From NCBI GenBank assembly GCA_050575255.1, contig JBNZDD010013721.1, positions 9,699,372 through 9,763,371 on the forward strand: 64,000 nucleotides of DNA, given 5' to 3'. The translations under genes were made by a program, and so were the position numbers. This DNA comes from Harriotta raleighana (lineage: Eukaryota). Shown here piece by piece: positions 51,676-64,000 of the stretch; positions within the stretch are counted from its first letter, which is position 1; every line of letters begins with the position of its first letter. The notes under the pieces are model-generated. The model did not search any database. It saw only the letters and a list, made by a program, of their open reading frames with translations, and had not been told where the DNA came from.

Positions 51676-52201
51676 CTTATAATAAATATAGCATACATCT
51701 TTCCAAGCTAAAGATTGGATTTAAGTGCATTGCTAACAGCAAGATGCTATGGATGCAATTCACTAGTTCAAAGCATATCCTGTATCAGTAGGCTTCAGCA
51801 AATCCTGATCATTTATGCAAAATTATTTTTAGAAAACCACTTTAATGCCAATGACTTTTTTTTTGGAGGGGGTGGGGCAGTGGGGGTGGGGGGAGGGGTG
51901 CTGATGAGGAAAGACTTAGAGCATGAAATGTTTCTGATGCCTTGACACAATAATGCCTAACAATGGCGGAATAATGAAGGGTATGAAGAATTATCCAGAT
52001 TAAAATGTGACATTAAGGGGACACAAAATTAATGAGAGTTCCAAGAAGCTGCCATTTGTGTTTCACAACTGAAAGAGTTTTATGAGTTTTGAGTAAGTGT
52101 CAGCACATTCTTTTATCTGCAATTTGCAAGGAAGAGAAGAGTGGGACTAAATCTTTCAGGAGACTACCCACTGTTATTGGCACTGAGATAATGAGGTATA
52201 T

Positions 52202-52348
52202 ATAATCATAATAATAATAATCCTTCCATTTCATATAGCGCCTTATCACAGCTTTGAGACATCTCAAAGCACTTCGCAGATTACTGTATACTGTAGAGTG
52301 AATTAACTGTATTTTTTGTGTGACAGCGGTGTCCCAGTCGTGGATTGA
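52202..52348 (-). mobile_element. tRNA-SINE 3' part
   Basis: (TAA)n TCCTTCCATTTCATATAGCGCC...CTCAAAGCACTTC...GTGTCCCAGTCGTGGATTGA. Confidence 0.85.
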
Positions 52349-54934
52349 GTTCTATTCACTTGATGAACATGACAATTGAAGGCTCATGAAGCATATGTTG
52401 AAATGCATTTTTTTATACATTATACATTTCCATCAAAATTTATGGGAATTGCAGGTTTTCATTCAGTCATGTATCTCTTGTTTCTTTTGCTTTGAGTTGT
52501 TTGTGTTCTTATTTATAACATTAACAAGTGCATTGTTGTAAATTATACAAGCTCCATGCAGGTACTATTTTCCCTCCAGCACTTTTCCCTATTCTGTATA
52601 TTCAGTGCATCAACACAGCATGTATAGTCCATAGCAACCTTTGAATATTTCACCGTTTCTGTGTCAGTGTAGCGAGAAATGTCAAAACGTGGCAATTGAA
52701 TAGAAATCAAAGAGAAATTTCAGGGCCCCAAACATGGCCTTTCTTGTCGTGAAAGCCTGTAGAGGTTGTTGCCAACATCGTTCAAGGAATTCACTTCACA
52801 GGTCACCAAGAATCTGTGNTGACAGTAGAAGTAGAGGTTATTGCCAACATCGTTCAAGGAATTCACTTCACAGGTCACCAAGAATCTGTGAAATAAAATA
52901 GTCAAAAGGAGCGACACACTTGATGTTTACACGCAGATTTGCATTCCACTGAATGCTTTCTTGCTTTAATCCATTATTTAATGGGTGACATGTAATTAAT
53001 TGGTGTATGTCAGTTGACTTACTTTGACTGACACTTCACCTACTCAATTGTAACTGGGACATTCATGATGGAGGAGTAGTCGCTTTCTCAAAATAAAAAA
53101 AACTAACTTGAATTAAAGTGTAAAAAAAAGCAATGTGTTTTGTACAGATTTGGATTCTGATCTCGATTTCTTTTGCCTTGGTTTTAAAATCTAAAGATTC
53201 TATTTAAGTGCAGCCAAGCAACGTGTTCCTGTTTCATTGAGAGGATTGCAGGAAGAGTTATAATGCAACAACGGCAATAACAACTTGGCATTTACATATA
53301 GGACTGCCCTTTAAGCGGGGTAGTGCAAGAGACAATTTTCCACGTTTACCCATATTAAATAACATTCGATAAATATTCTACACAAAAATAGTTCCCTAAA
53401 GCATTTTTAAATGTGAAGTCTTGAAAGGGTAAATCTATTAAAACTGAAAACTTCACGCTTACTTAGCAACTATTATTGTTTTTGTGCATTCATTTATATG
53501 GAAGGTAATGTAAACTGCGATTCTTTCCCCAAGTTTATTATTATGTAGTAATAAACCTTAAAAGAAAATTTGGTATGTAAACGCAGAACATTGAAAAAGC
53601 AGCTAACATTTTCTGCTTTGTTTTAAACCAAACAACAGGGTTTTAGATAATGAGATAATTTTGACCAATTTATTCAATATTTTCTCCCCCCTGACAACCC
53701 ATCCCAACCAACCCCTTCCCCTACATTGCGATCTGCAGATTAATTCAGATTAAGTTTGAAAAGTCATCTTTAATGGGGTTAGTATGGGAGCTGAGCACCA
53801 ATGCACCAAGCTTAAAAGAAATCAGCAACTTCAATTTCAAAGCCCTTTGTACTTAATTTTGAAACGTGCTCCGGAGAGATTTCATCAGTGTGCAAGTCAG
53901 TGCCTGAGCCTTGAGGCCATTTAGAGTGGAGAAGCGTGTGAAGCTAAAACAGTTTGATGTGTAATTGCAAGAGGAAATGAAAAACCTGCTGAGCATGGCA
54001 GGATGTAGTGCCTTATCACCCTTGTGTGCATCCAGCGAGAGCTGAAATTGCGAATGGATCCAGTAACATCGACAAAAACAGTGACATTTTTCATGGGCTG
54101 GCGTGTTCTGAATCAATGCTGCAGCGCTGTGATTAGAGCAAGGAGCAAGTGGGGGGAGGCGGGGAGGGTGGGGGGAAGGAGGGAACAATCAAAGGCTGCA
54201 TCTGTCAGATTGTTTTCCAGTCGTTCCTCGTACTCTGTGCCCCAGTGTGTTGTGTGATATGCAAAACAGTACAGTCTATCCTTTAATTGCAACTCGTTCC
54301 TATTAGTTAAAAATTGCAGTTCATTTAACTGCCTGAGCATTGAATCAAAGAACAATTCCAGTACACATGAGTAATGAGACTATGAATTTTAACAAATTGA
54401 GCTTGTTTAGGACAATCTGGAGGGTGGGGTAGGGGAAAAGAAGGTCCCCAAAGATATGTGCTGTTCATTTTTTTTCCAGCCTATTTTGTTGCATAAAATC
54501 CATTTTGAATTGATTATTCGCACCACAAACTAAATTTCTTCCACACCAAGCAAAGCTCGACACGTCACTCTTCCTCTAAACCGTTCATTCATGTCTGTCT
54601 GTGCTCCTGCTAAGTTGCTGTTCCTCAAATTGCTCAACAATTCAGGGTCGGAGAAGGTATCAAGTGTTGTGTGTTAGATTGGGAAATTATTAAATTGATT
54701 TCTGAGCCCACAGTGACATGAATTGGATTCATTATATTAATTTCATTGATTTGATCCAGTTTAGATTCAAATGTCTCTCTCGTTTGTATTATTAAAAAAA
54801 AACTCTCCGATCCATTAAGCATTGAACCTATTTCTTATTAGCTCCTGGCATTATTATATGGATTCGGGTGGACCTGCTACCTGTACTAAAATTAAGTGCG
54901 AGTTTTACATTGTTTTGAGGAGAAGGAGGTAAAT

Positions 54935-55085
54935 GCTGTTTTTTCCCTTCTGTGACTTGGGTTCAATTTGTGGCCACAGGGGATGAAAGTCTCTTCTCTC
55001 CGACTGCTCAGATCCATGTAAAATTAGTTTGGGCACTTTCATTGCATTTCGAGTTGGCATGAACCCATAGCAGAAAATTGTTCAT
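54935..55085 (+). mobile_element. LF-SINE-like relic
   Basis: B-box-like GACTTGGGTTCAAT, then GATGAAAGTCTC and CCATGTAAAATTAGTTTGGGCA in the order remembered for LF-SINE (GAAAGT...CTATGTGAAATGAGTTGG). Confidence 0.5.
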
Positions 55086-55479
55086 CCAAGGATGTTTACT
55101 GTGTGAGAAAGAAAAGCCACAGTAGACACTACAAGGGGGTGGCTCTGTCAGAATTAATAAGATACATCACAGGAATAAAGGAGTTTTACTGTACATCAAA
55201 TGCACTCATACCAATCTTGGGGCACTTGAATCGATTTAGATAGTGGGGAAATATTGCTAGCACTGAGAAGCCTCACCTTGTAAAGGACAGACCTGTGTAT
55301 TTGCCTTTTGCTAATCCAGATCAGGTTTCTATTTTTTAAAAATCCACATTCTTTTAGGTTTTTGAAGCTGAATAAATCAATCAATCAAAATTACATTTAT
55401 ATAGTGCCTTTCACTCTTGTGTTCAAATCACTTCACTCCTCTACACCCCTCCTCCCCCACCTCTTTGACCTTCTCTCTC

Positions 55480-55595
55480 TCAATTGCTTGAAAAGGAGGA
55501 ATTAAGGGGAATGTGAAGTGAGTAGAATTGTACAGGGAAACCAATAGATTGACTGAATGGCCTCTTTCTGTGCCAGTAGGATTTTATGAATCTAT
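55480..55595 (+). mobile_element. CR1 3' tail
   Basis: GGAATTAAGGGGA...GACTGAATGGCCTCTTTCTGTGCC...TTTTATGAATCTA. Confidence 0.65.
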
Positions 55596-57107
55596 TGAAT
55601 GGCGCTTGACTGATTCGACCAGATATCTGAGTTAGAGTTTATCCTGATCGAGCACTGTCCATTTAACTGTGATGTCCACCTGCTCCCTCTCGGCTGATGA
55701 GAATCTACCTGATTGTGAAGAGAAATCGAAAGGGACCAATGTGTTTTGTGTGATTTGGAAGAACTTTCAATTGCTCAACGGAGAAAATACATTGGTGGGA
55801 AGTTTATGGGCGCACGGTAAAAGGTATTTCGACCTTCGGGAATTCAGCCGTGACTTTCCCAGGAATAAGTTGCTGAGTTCCTGTGGTCATGATGGCATAT
55901 CATTGTTCATCGGCAAGAGACTTCCTCTTCATTTGGTTCGTTGCCCTACGGCCTCAAATAGGCTGGATAGTAACAATCCTTGTATTTAATGGACTACCTT
56001 TCGCGTTTTGGAGAACGTGTCGAAGGGCTTCACAGGATTTTTCTGTGAGATGTCGTGGCCATTTCATTGGATAATTTTCCTGACTGCTCTTTTCCACGCC
56101 TATCAATGGCAGCTCAGCTGTGTATGTGTTCTAGTGAAATTGCGTTGTATGTTTCAGCGTGCTGATAACTTATCAGTGCGACCTTGAATTTTTCCACGAT
56201 CAAGTTCTATCTGGGCATTCTTTCAGCCCATTAATTTGCTGATGTCCCTTTTGGGATGTATGCGTTTGCCTCCCAGCAGGACTTTTGTTAACATTGGTGG
56301 AATTCCACACATCGATTCACAAGTGTTTCCTATCCTGAGCAAGAAACGGCAATTTGCAAGCTTTTATTATTAAGATAGGAACAAGCTACAAAACTAACTG
56401 TGTGAATAGTGTGTGAAGGAAAGGTTCAGGGCCGCAGCAGCCTTCTCAAACCCGGTGAAGAGTCAAAGACGGAATCCAAACATGGATTTATGCAAACCTC
56501 AGAATTGCAGCTTTGTGGGAGAACTTGACTCTGAACCTTTTCATCCCTAGTTTTCTGTCTCGGTGGTAAATAAAGTGCCACTTTGAGTTAAGTGAATCAG
56601 GATCTAATGGGTTTGATATTTTGTTCCTTTTGAACACAGGGTACTGAACCATGCCTTGCCTGTCAACGCAGCATAAATGGCCCTGTGATCGCTGCCAAAT
56701 GCCAAACACCTGGGAACAGAGTGGAGTCCCATGGGGTTGGAAATGCATTTTGTGCCTTAAGTGAATGTAATGATTCTCAAAATGCAGCATTTAGAGAAAT
56801 TTCGAGCAAAATTGCTTTGAACTACAAGTCTCTTTAACGCATTAGCTGTGCACACTGTAGATGGGGAGTAAATTGAGTTTACGTTAAAACCTATAGATCA
56901 CAGATCCGTAGGCAGATGGTGTTGTTGTGGTCAAGTTATCAGCTTTTCTGCATTCTAGAGTATTCTGATATCGACCGTCACTAATCTATATCTATAAATA
57001 ATATAGGTAACATTTTTAAAAATTGTCAAGGTTCAGGAACCCGAGCAATGTGGATGAATTTAGCTTTGGTGAGTTGAAGTGCCTGCCCTTTATTGAAAGA
57101 TATCTGG

Positions 57108-57230
57108 TGTTTCTTCCACAAAGTATACAGTCAATTCACTTTACTGTATATTCTGTGAAGCGCTTTGAACCGTCTGGAAGACGTGATAAGTCGCTTTATC
57201 AAATGCAAGGATTCGTATTCTTATTTATTA
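57108..57230 (+). mobile_element. tRNA-SINE 3' tail
   Basis: CCACAAAGTATACAGTCAATTCAC...GAAGCGCTTTGAACCGTCTGGAAGACGTG...ATCAAATGCAAGGATT. Confidence 0.9.
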
Positions 57231-59782
57231 TCAATCAATTGAAGGTCTTTCTTTCACTCTTGCTTTGAAGTCATTTCATGTTGGTTGCTGCTTCTTTATT
57301 TGATTCTCTTGTACAAGAAGTTGGGATTATCCCGGGTGCAGCATTCCCTAGGTGTGAGCACGTCAGACAAACACCTTTTGCCTTCAACTCTGCCAACTCC
57401 AAGCTTCTTTATCTCTGACCAACCAGTGCAGAGTAACATTGCTGCTGACTTAAAGAAAAAGAAAGGTCGCAATGCACCATCTTAACCTTGGACATTTTCG
57501 CAGGGAGGAATAAGAACCAGAAGCGAATGTGGGTGTTTTCACCTTATTTCTCCTTAACGGTGCGAGTCAAGCGGAGGAAAATAATTCTCAAATGCAAAAC
57601 TTCTCGCTATTCAGGACAAACACAGTTTGGAGGCTGTGCCTGTTAAGTTCATTTTCTGAAGTGACCTTGATGGCTGTCACCCATCCCCAGCTGTTTGTGC
57701 CTGATGTTTCATTACACTCGACGATTTGATGTGGAAAATCCCATGTGTTCGATTTAGATTACAGATAACTTCTACAGAGCAAGCTGGTTCCTGGAATACT
57801 TGCATTGTAATGAAAGAAAACCATTTTAAAAGTGCGGGATGTCTGTTGGCCTCCAGTCTCGGGGGCAGAAAGGAGAGGGCGCACTCGGAAAGCACAGAGT
57901 GCAGTTTTGATTACATTTCACTTTAGTGCGCTGCTACTAGGAATTAGTTGGATTATTCCTGCATTTTGTGAGGCTGTTCATTTAACTTGTGCAGTGACCT
58001 GCAATGGATGCACGTACACATCCATGAAACAGTGCAAGGCAGAATGTGTGTGTGGTTTTTTTCGGAGGCCGACATCAAATTGAATTGAGATTTCTTTACA
58101 TTGTGTTTGAACTACCTCATGATAGGAAGATAGGGTTTAAAGTGAGTAATAATTGTAATTTCTTTCATACGATAGCAGAAATGGCAAGAGGTCAGACTAA
58201 ATTCTAACTCTTGAGAATCAAAACCCAGGTCAGAACCTGAGAAACTAGGTTTATTGATGAATTTGAAGCAGAGCTCAATGCATGTACAGTATTATATACA
58301 TGTACACAGTATACATAATATATATTATATATAAAGCAATAAGGATTTGAAATTTTCTGAAGAGAACACACAGCACTGTGTACAAATATTGACTGAAAGC
58401 TGAAGGGTATAGTGGTGAACTATTTCCCAGCGGGGTGTAGGAATGACAGAGTGAGTTATAATTTAAAGTGCCCGGAGCTGAAAGCTGAGAACGTAACAGC
58501 CAAATCAAGGTCATTTCTGTAAACGCCAGTTAGCGTTGGTTCTGTATTTGTGCACTTAAGTATTATGAGGGTAGGAATGTTTATCTTGCTGTTTTTTTTA
58601 AGAGAGGTTTTAGAGGTTTGTAATGACCACAAGCAAATCATTCATTGCTCACGAACATTGATGTGCAATAAAGAAAATTTCTTATTTTGTGTGAGACCGT
58701 AAATATTTCTGCAGCGCAGTTGTGCATCACAGAGTTCAGAGGTACAAAAAATCCTAGTCAAAAAGGCTTATATCATTATTTTTATTCATTCTTCCAAGAT
58801 TGAGTTATCACTGAGTATGGGTTGACTTTTTTTTCTTCAGCTGTGATCATCCCCATTGCTCTCGTAATGTAATTGAAAAGGTGACCTTACCAGGTATCCA
58901 TGCTTTGACCCAGAAAAGACAAAGAGTTGAAGAAATAGACATGAAAAATGTTTCTCAATGCTCCAAACTAGAATAGGGCGTAAAGCACATTTAAAGAGGC
59001 TGCAGGTATTTCAGAATAAAGGACAGCCTTGAAGCCATTTAACTGACGATGGAGCAATTTATTTAAATTTGTGATCTGGCAAAAAAAAGATGGATTCAAC
59101 CTTAAATCATTGAGTTGCACAGATTTCTGTCTCATCTTTTCCCATGTAATTCTCACGCAGAGGTGATTGTCATCGTTGTGATCTACTATGACCCAGCCCT
59201 CTGGCATCATCAAGCTATGCTGTAGTATTGGTACAGATTTCTCTCATGCGGATTCTACTCAGTTGAACGTGTGTAGTTGGACTTAAGATTGCTTTCGCCT
59301 TGAGTTTGAACGTAAAGTGCCTTCACCTCATGTCGTTACCATGTAAAAGTTACCATTGGAAGGAGCAAAAAACAGTCGTGGATTGAAATGACCAATTTTT
59401 GTATTGTTGTGGTTTTTTTGGGAAGGGATTATTATTATTAGGCGTGTGGAGTAAGGANAAACCTCACTGTTGTATGTAAAATATACATATTTTATGTCAA
59501 AACGCAGGGCTGCCCTCTTCAAATAATCATAATAATAATCCTTGCATTTGATATTGCGCTTTTCACATCTTATCGNTGTTGTGACCTACTATGACCCAGC
59601 CCTCTGGCATCATCAAGCTATTAAGAAACATGCTGTAGTATTGGTACAGATTTCTCTCATGCGGATTCTACTCAGTTGAACGTGTGTAGTTGGACTTAAG
59701 ATTGCTTTCGCCTTGAGTTTGAACGTAAAGTGCCTTCACCTCATGTCGTTACCATGTAAAAGTTACCATTGGAAGGAGCAAA

Positions 59783-60025
59783 AAACAGTCGTGGATTGAA
59801 ATGACCAATTTTTGTATTGTTGTGGTTTTTTTGGGAAGGGATTATTATTATTAGGCGTGTGGAGTAAGGAAACTTNATTGTTGTGTTTTTTTTGGGAAGG
59901 GATTATTATTATTAGGCGTGTGGAGTAAGGAAACTTGCCCAAGGTTTTGCCCTGATCTGCCTGGATTCAAACACAGGTCTCAGGCTTTGAAAGGCGAGTG
60001 CTCTAACCACTGAGCCACAGGAGTT
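59783..60025 (-). mobile_element. tRNA-SINE 5' half, fragmented by assembly gaps
   Basis: Head at 59935-60025; body duplicated at 59370-59457 and across N59876; a separate tail piece lies at 59521-59575. Confidence 0.9.
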
Positions 60026-60626
60026 CTAATCAGAGTTCTCTTTTGAAATGTGAGAATGCTGCAATATGCTGGGAGTGACTAAATTGCAAATGTGTTTGGG
60101 TGAGGTGCGTTCGATTGAGTAAATACAGCCTTACACTAGGACCTCTCTCGGAGTACTCTGGATTGATATCATATCACGGGATGTCTTTATGTTCCCTGTG
60201 TGGCTCTTCTTTATGAATGATTCATCAAAGATGAATGAGTGCTCACATGGAACAGCTATATGACTGAAACCTTGAAAGTAGTCCTGTGAACATGGCTTCG
60301 CACTTCTCCAGAGAACATAAGCCATGCTACAAACTGTCTGTCAACACAGCAGACTCCCGAGAATGTGGGTCAGGACTTTCTGGTGAAAGCATTTAGAAAT
60401 GTCTCCCGATTCATTTTTTGTTAAAACAAAAGAAGAAATGCACAGGACAATTTCCATCCTAAAAATAAATCATCCTAATTTGGAGTTATTCTTGTACAGT
60501 TGATCGTAAATCACATGGCCCTGTGCTACAGTGCCTGCGTACAGTCAGCAAAAGAACTCGAATAAGTTGTGATTATTTTAATGCAATTGAAATGTACCTC
60601 CAAAGGAAACAGTCTATAGAGTTTTA

Positions 60627-60678
60627 TTTCTTTCTTTCGATCTTTCTTTCGATCTTTCTTTCTTTCTTTCTTTCTTTC
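60627..60678. repeat. (TTTC)n microsatellite with GATC interruptions
   Basis: Visible tetranucleotide run. Confidence 0.9.
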
Positions 60679-61001
60679 ATTCATCGTTTTCAAAAATGAA
60701 AGGTTCGGATATATCTCTCCTGAATCCTTCTGCCCTCATCTCTGCGACAGCAGATAGTGAAACAGAAGAGACACTGAGTTCCAAATCAAGTGCTGTTCAG
60801 AAAATTAGCTTGAGCTGCAAGGTCATCCTGTTTTGTGAGAGAAGGGAGTTGTGTCTGACACATCAGCCGGGTGTCTGACACATTCACAAACCCATCACCG
60901 TGCTTAACAATATCCAATCCAAGGTGAGAAATTCCTTGCATCCCACCTAACACGTGGAAATTTCTAAATTATCCCAACATTTTGAACAAATGACATAGGC
61001 C

Positions 61002-61061
61002 ACAACAACAACAACAAAATTATACTTGTATAGTGTCTTTCACATCAGGAGGATGTCCCAA
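61002..61061 (-). mobile_element. L2 3' tail
   Basis: (CAA)n...TATAGTGTCTTTCACATCAGGAGGATGTCCCAA. Confidence 0.75.
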
Positions 61062-61749
61062 TTACTACGTATTATTCTACTGATTGTTTACCACGCATCC
61101 AAATTATGCTAGTCTAAAGGTATTCTGCTCATTAGTTTTGCCCGGGGGCAGTTAAGGAACTAAACTTCCTTCCTCAGTGCTGTAAATATCTCCAGTTCAA
61201 TAGGATAATGGGACTAAATGGATAGCTTGTTCCGCAAACCAGTACAGGCATAAGGGACGAATGGCCCTCCAAATATGTTGCAAATTTCTACTGTTCCAGA
61301 TGCACAGTACATAGGCCCAGGGTCATTTTGACTGTCTTCCTGATATTTGGTCTGGCTCTCCTTCCCGATCTCTGGGGTCTGGGCGCTGCCTCCGCTGATC
61401 AAAGAACTGAGGGCACAGTACACAAGGTGAGCTTGTGTTTGTCAAAGAGAGAAGGGTCGCGGAGATGGCGGTGCACGGGGCCCAAAAGCTCTTAAAAAGT
61501 ACACAATCCCTGGGTGACTTACTCGCGGTAAGGCCAATTCCCTCTGATTGAACTTGAAGGCTGAAGAATCCTGTACTTATAGTGGGTAATTTACCATTCC
61601 TGTCAGCTGGTGCCTAGAGACTTGGTGTGGACCAGGCTTGGCACCGATATGGACATGCCGACGCCGTGATAAATAGGCGGTTGGCTTGTGTACAATACAC
61701 CTGCTGATAAGATTGCTGTCTTCTCGAGTAGGATGCACTCCAACCAGAA

Positions 61750-61856
61750 TCGTTGCGCCCACCAACATGCAGAGTCGATCCGCTTCACAGTGTATCCTGG
61801 TGATGCGCTTTGCGACGTCTGGTGAGGCGCTATATCAAATGCGAGGATTATTATTC
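61750..61856 (+). mobile_element. degenerate SINE 3' tail
   Basis: CGTTGCGCCCACC...GCGCTTTGCGACGTCTGGTGAGGCGCTATATCAAATGCGAGGATTATTATT. Confidence 0.8.
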
Positions 61857-64000
61857 TGATTCTTGAAGCGGCTCGACAATATTGTGGTCGACGACGTTAA
61901 GGTTTGATCTGCAACATAAGACACTATTAAATATGCAGTAAAGTTCAAAGGCAAAACATCCACGCCTCCTACCATCTATACTATCACCCTAAGGTACCAG
62001 CTGAATTGATATTTGGCTCTCGTGTATTTGATTTTCTCTCTGTGGCTCTGCATTGCTTTTTGGCCACTTCAATTGCATCATTTCTGCTCTGTGCAATTGC
62101 TGGATATTGATATTGTCAAATAGACCCCATATAATGAATGTAATGAATGATTTTTGTGTTGTGGTGCTTTTCTGAAACCTTGTTTACGCGAACACTGGGG
62201 AATGGCTTAGAGTGATGGTTGCATGTGGGTTTTTTTTACCCAAGAACTGGTAGGGGTAAAAAGATTTCCACACAGGACAGTGTAAAGGAAATGTTAACAG
62301 AAAATACACGTTCTGACCTTCACCACAGTTTAAACACAATGTCAGCATCAGAGGACTTGGATATTGTAATAGGAAGCAAAGAATTGAACGTTTAATAGAT
62401 AAGATGAATGATTACCACTGCTTCTCCCTGCAATAGTCCCAGCCAATCTCCACAGTGATTACTGGATGTTTTCGCTAAAACTCTAATGTAAAAATTCTCT
62501 GGAGAAACACCTGGGAGTTAGTGAGTCCTCTAGGGGGAGACCTGTTAAGGTGACAATTAGCAGTGAATGGGTATAAAACATTGTTTAGTATTATTCATGA
62601 TGTGGAGGTCGGTTTGCATGATAATAATGCCTGTGTTAGTGCACACACATAAATGCATATAAGTCTGCAACGATATGAAGTACAGGAACTGTTTATTGCA
62701 GTTTGTGGAGAGCATTGGCTTCGTGTCAAATGGAAATGGAAATCTGAGTGCAAGGATGCTCATTTAACTTGTATTTAATGTGGTGAGACACGCAAGCCAC
62801 CAGTCCCGTTTTCATCTCCAGCATCTAGGAAATGAAGCCACACTTGCCTATCGCAGCTTATGGGCTGTTCCATCCACATGACCATTCTTCTCCATAATGA
62901 ACTGCAGACACTGCAGACACAAAAACTATTAATAATACAGGTTACAGCTTTGTAGTTTTATAACGCTAGGCATGTTGTGATTCAGGAACAAGACTGATGT
63001 TCTTACAGGGGAGAAACAACTCCCAACAGTGCTGTAATGTGTTGATGTTGCTCCCTTTTGAACAAGGTTATTTCCAAGATTTCTTTAAATACATTTTGCA
63101 GTTCTTTTATATCCTCTTTTTAATGCTGCACAAATCCAGCGCTGCCATAAGATACATTTTGTATTTGTATCTTAAATCAAACCGGAGTTTGCTATTAATT
63201 TATTGCAGATTAGCAGTTCCCTCAAAAATTAGACTTAAACATTATACCCTAATGTACAGTTCTTCTAAAGACTTACTTTAAATGAATATTGTGAAAGGCA
63301 AGTTTTGTCCCAGAATGTTTTCACTGGTCAATGTAGATTTGTATTCTAGCAGGTATTCGGTTTGTGAGTCACTGGGCTAGGTTTGATATCTTGTTACTAT
63401 TGCATTTTACGCTGACTTCCAATAATGTCAGTGGCAATGCTAATTCCCAAGCTATTTATGTGTTATATGTACTATAAGAGCACAGTGTTGGTGCCTCAGT
63501 GTACATTTAAGGGAAGATATGGCTTTGCACTGGCATAAATGTATCATTTAATGTTTTGTGGATAGTCATTGACATTATTTCTGCATGGAATTTGGAGCAC
63601 AATAATTTGTATTTAAACTGGGACCTCAATTTAAGATTCTGGGCAAGTATTCCTGTACCTGATAAGACCATGGATTGCTGCCTATAGTCTGTGGCGAGGC
63701 AATGAATTTAAAACTTGAATAAACATTTGGAGCAACGATCTTATACCTGGTTGAGTCTTTGTTCCTTTATCACACAAGCTTGGTTAGTCCAGCAGTAACT
63801 TTTCATACAGAGGAGTTCAAAAGGGTAAATTGTGCCTTTTTGCCTTTGTGAACATTCGGATTAAGAAATTTGCAGTCAGTGAATTGTGAATCCCAAAGTT
63901 AGGCAAAGTCCATTTGAACAAGTAGGTGAAATAAATAAGGACTGATTCTACTTCCCCCCCCCACTAAGATTTGTGGTCCTTGAACATGTGATCTTTGAAT

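Noticed and set aside
51866-51899. G-quadruplex-capable G tracts (also about 6334, 33992, 54150)
   Set aside because: Simple G-rich low-complexity runs with no independent evidence of function
60696-60878. 60-aa ATG ORF after the (TTTC)n repeat
   Set aside because: No recognisable domain or convincing splice structure

Overview
AT-rich vertebrate non-coding DNA (large intron or gene desert). The repeat content points to a cartilaginous fish, most likely a chimaera (Callorhinchus/Hydrolagus-like); this is inferred from remembered repeat sequences, not from a search. No protein-coding gene, RNA gene or prokaryotic system can be confidently identified. The ORF track is essentially noise apart from frameshifted L2, CR1 and possibly L1 remnants. 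Well-supported content: many copies of a ~300-bp tRNA-headed SINE with an L2-type 3' stem-loop tail, older Deu-domain SINEs, L2 and CR1 fragments, a TA-flanked Tc1/mariner-type MITE, a probable LF-SINE-like relic, microsatellites, a near-perfect 68-nt hairpin, and 11 single-N junctions, most with duplicated flanks (assembly or haplotype artefacts). Most interesting observations: a clustered GLI motif array (16957-17160) beside a CNE-like block; modular SINE variants (one copy with a 65-bp Meta-like central module, one with a swapped L2 tail, and covarying tail stem-loops); a SINE plus about 107 bp bracketed by a 15-bp direct repeat; and a few unverified exon candidates.
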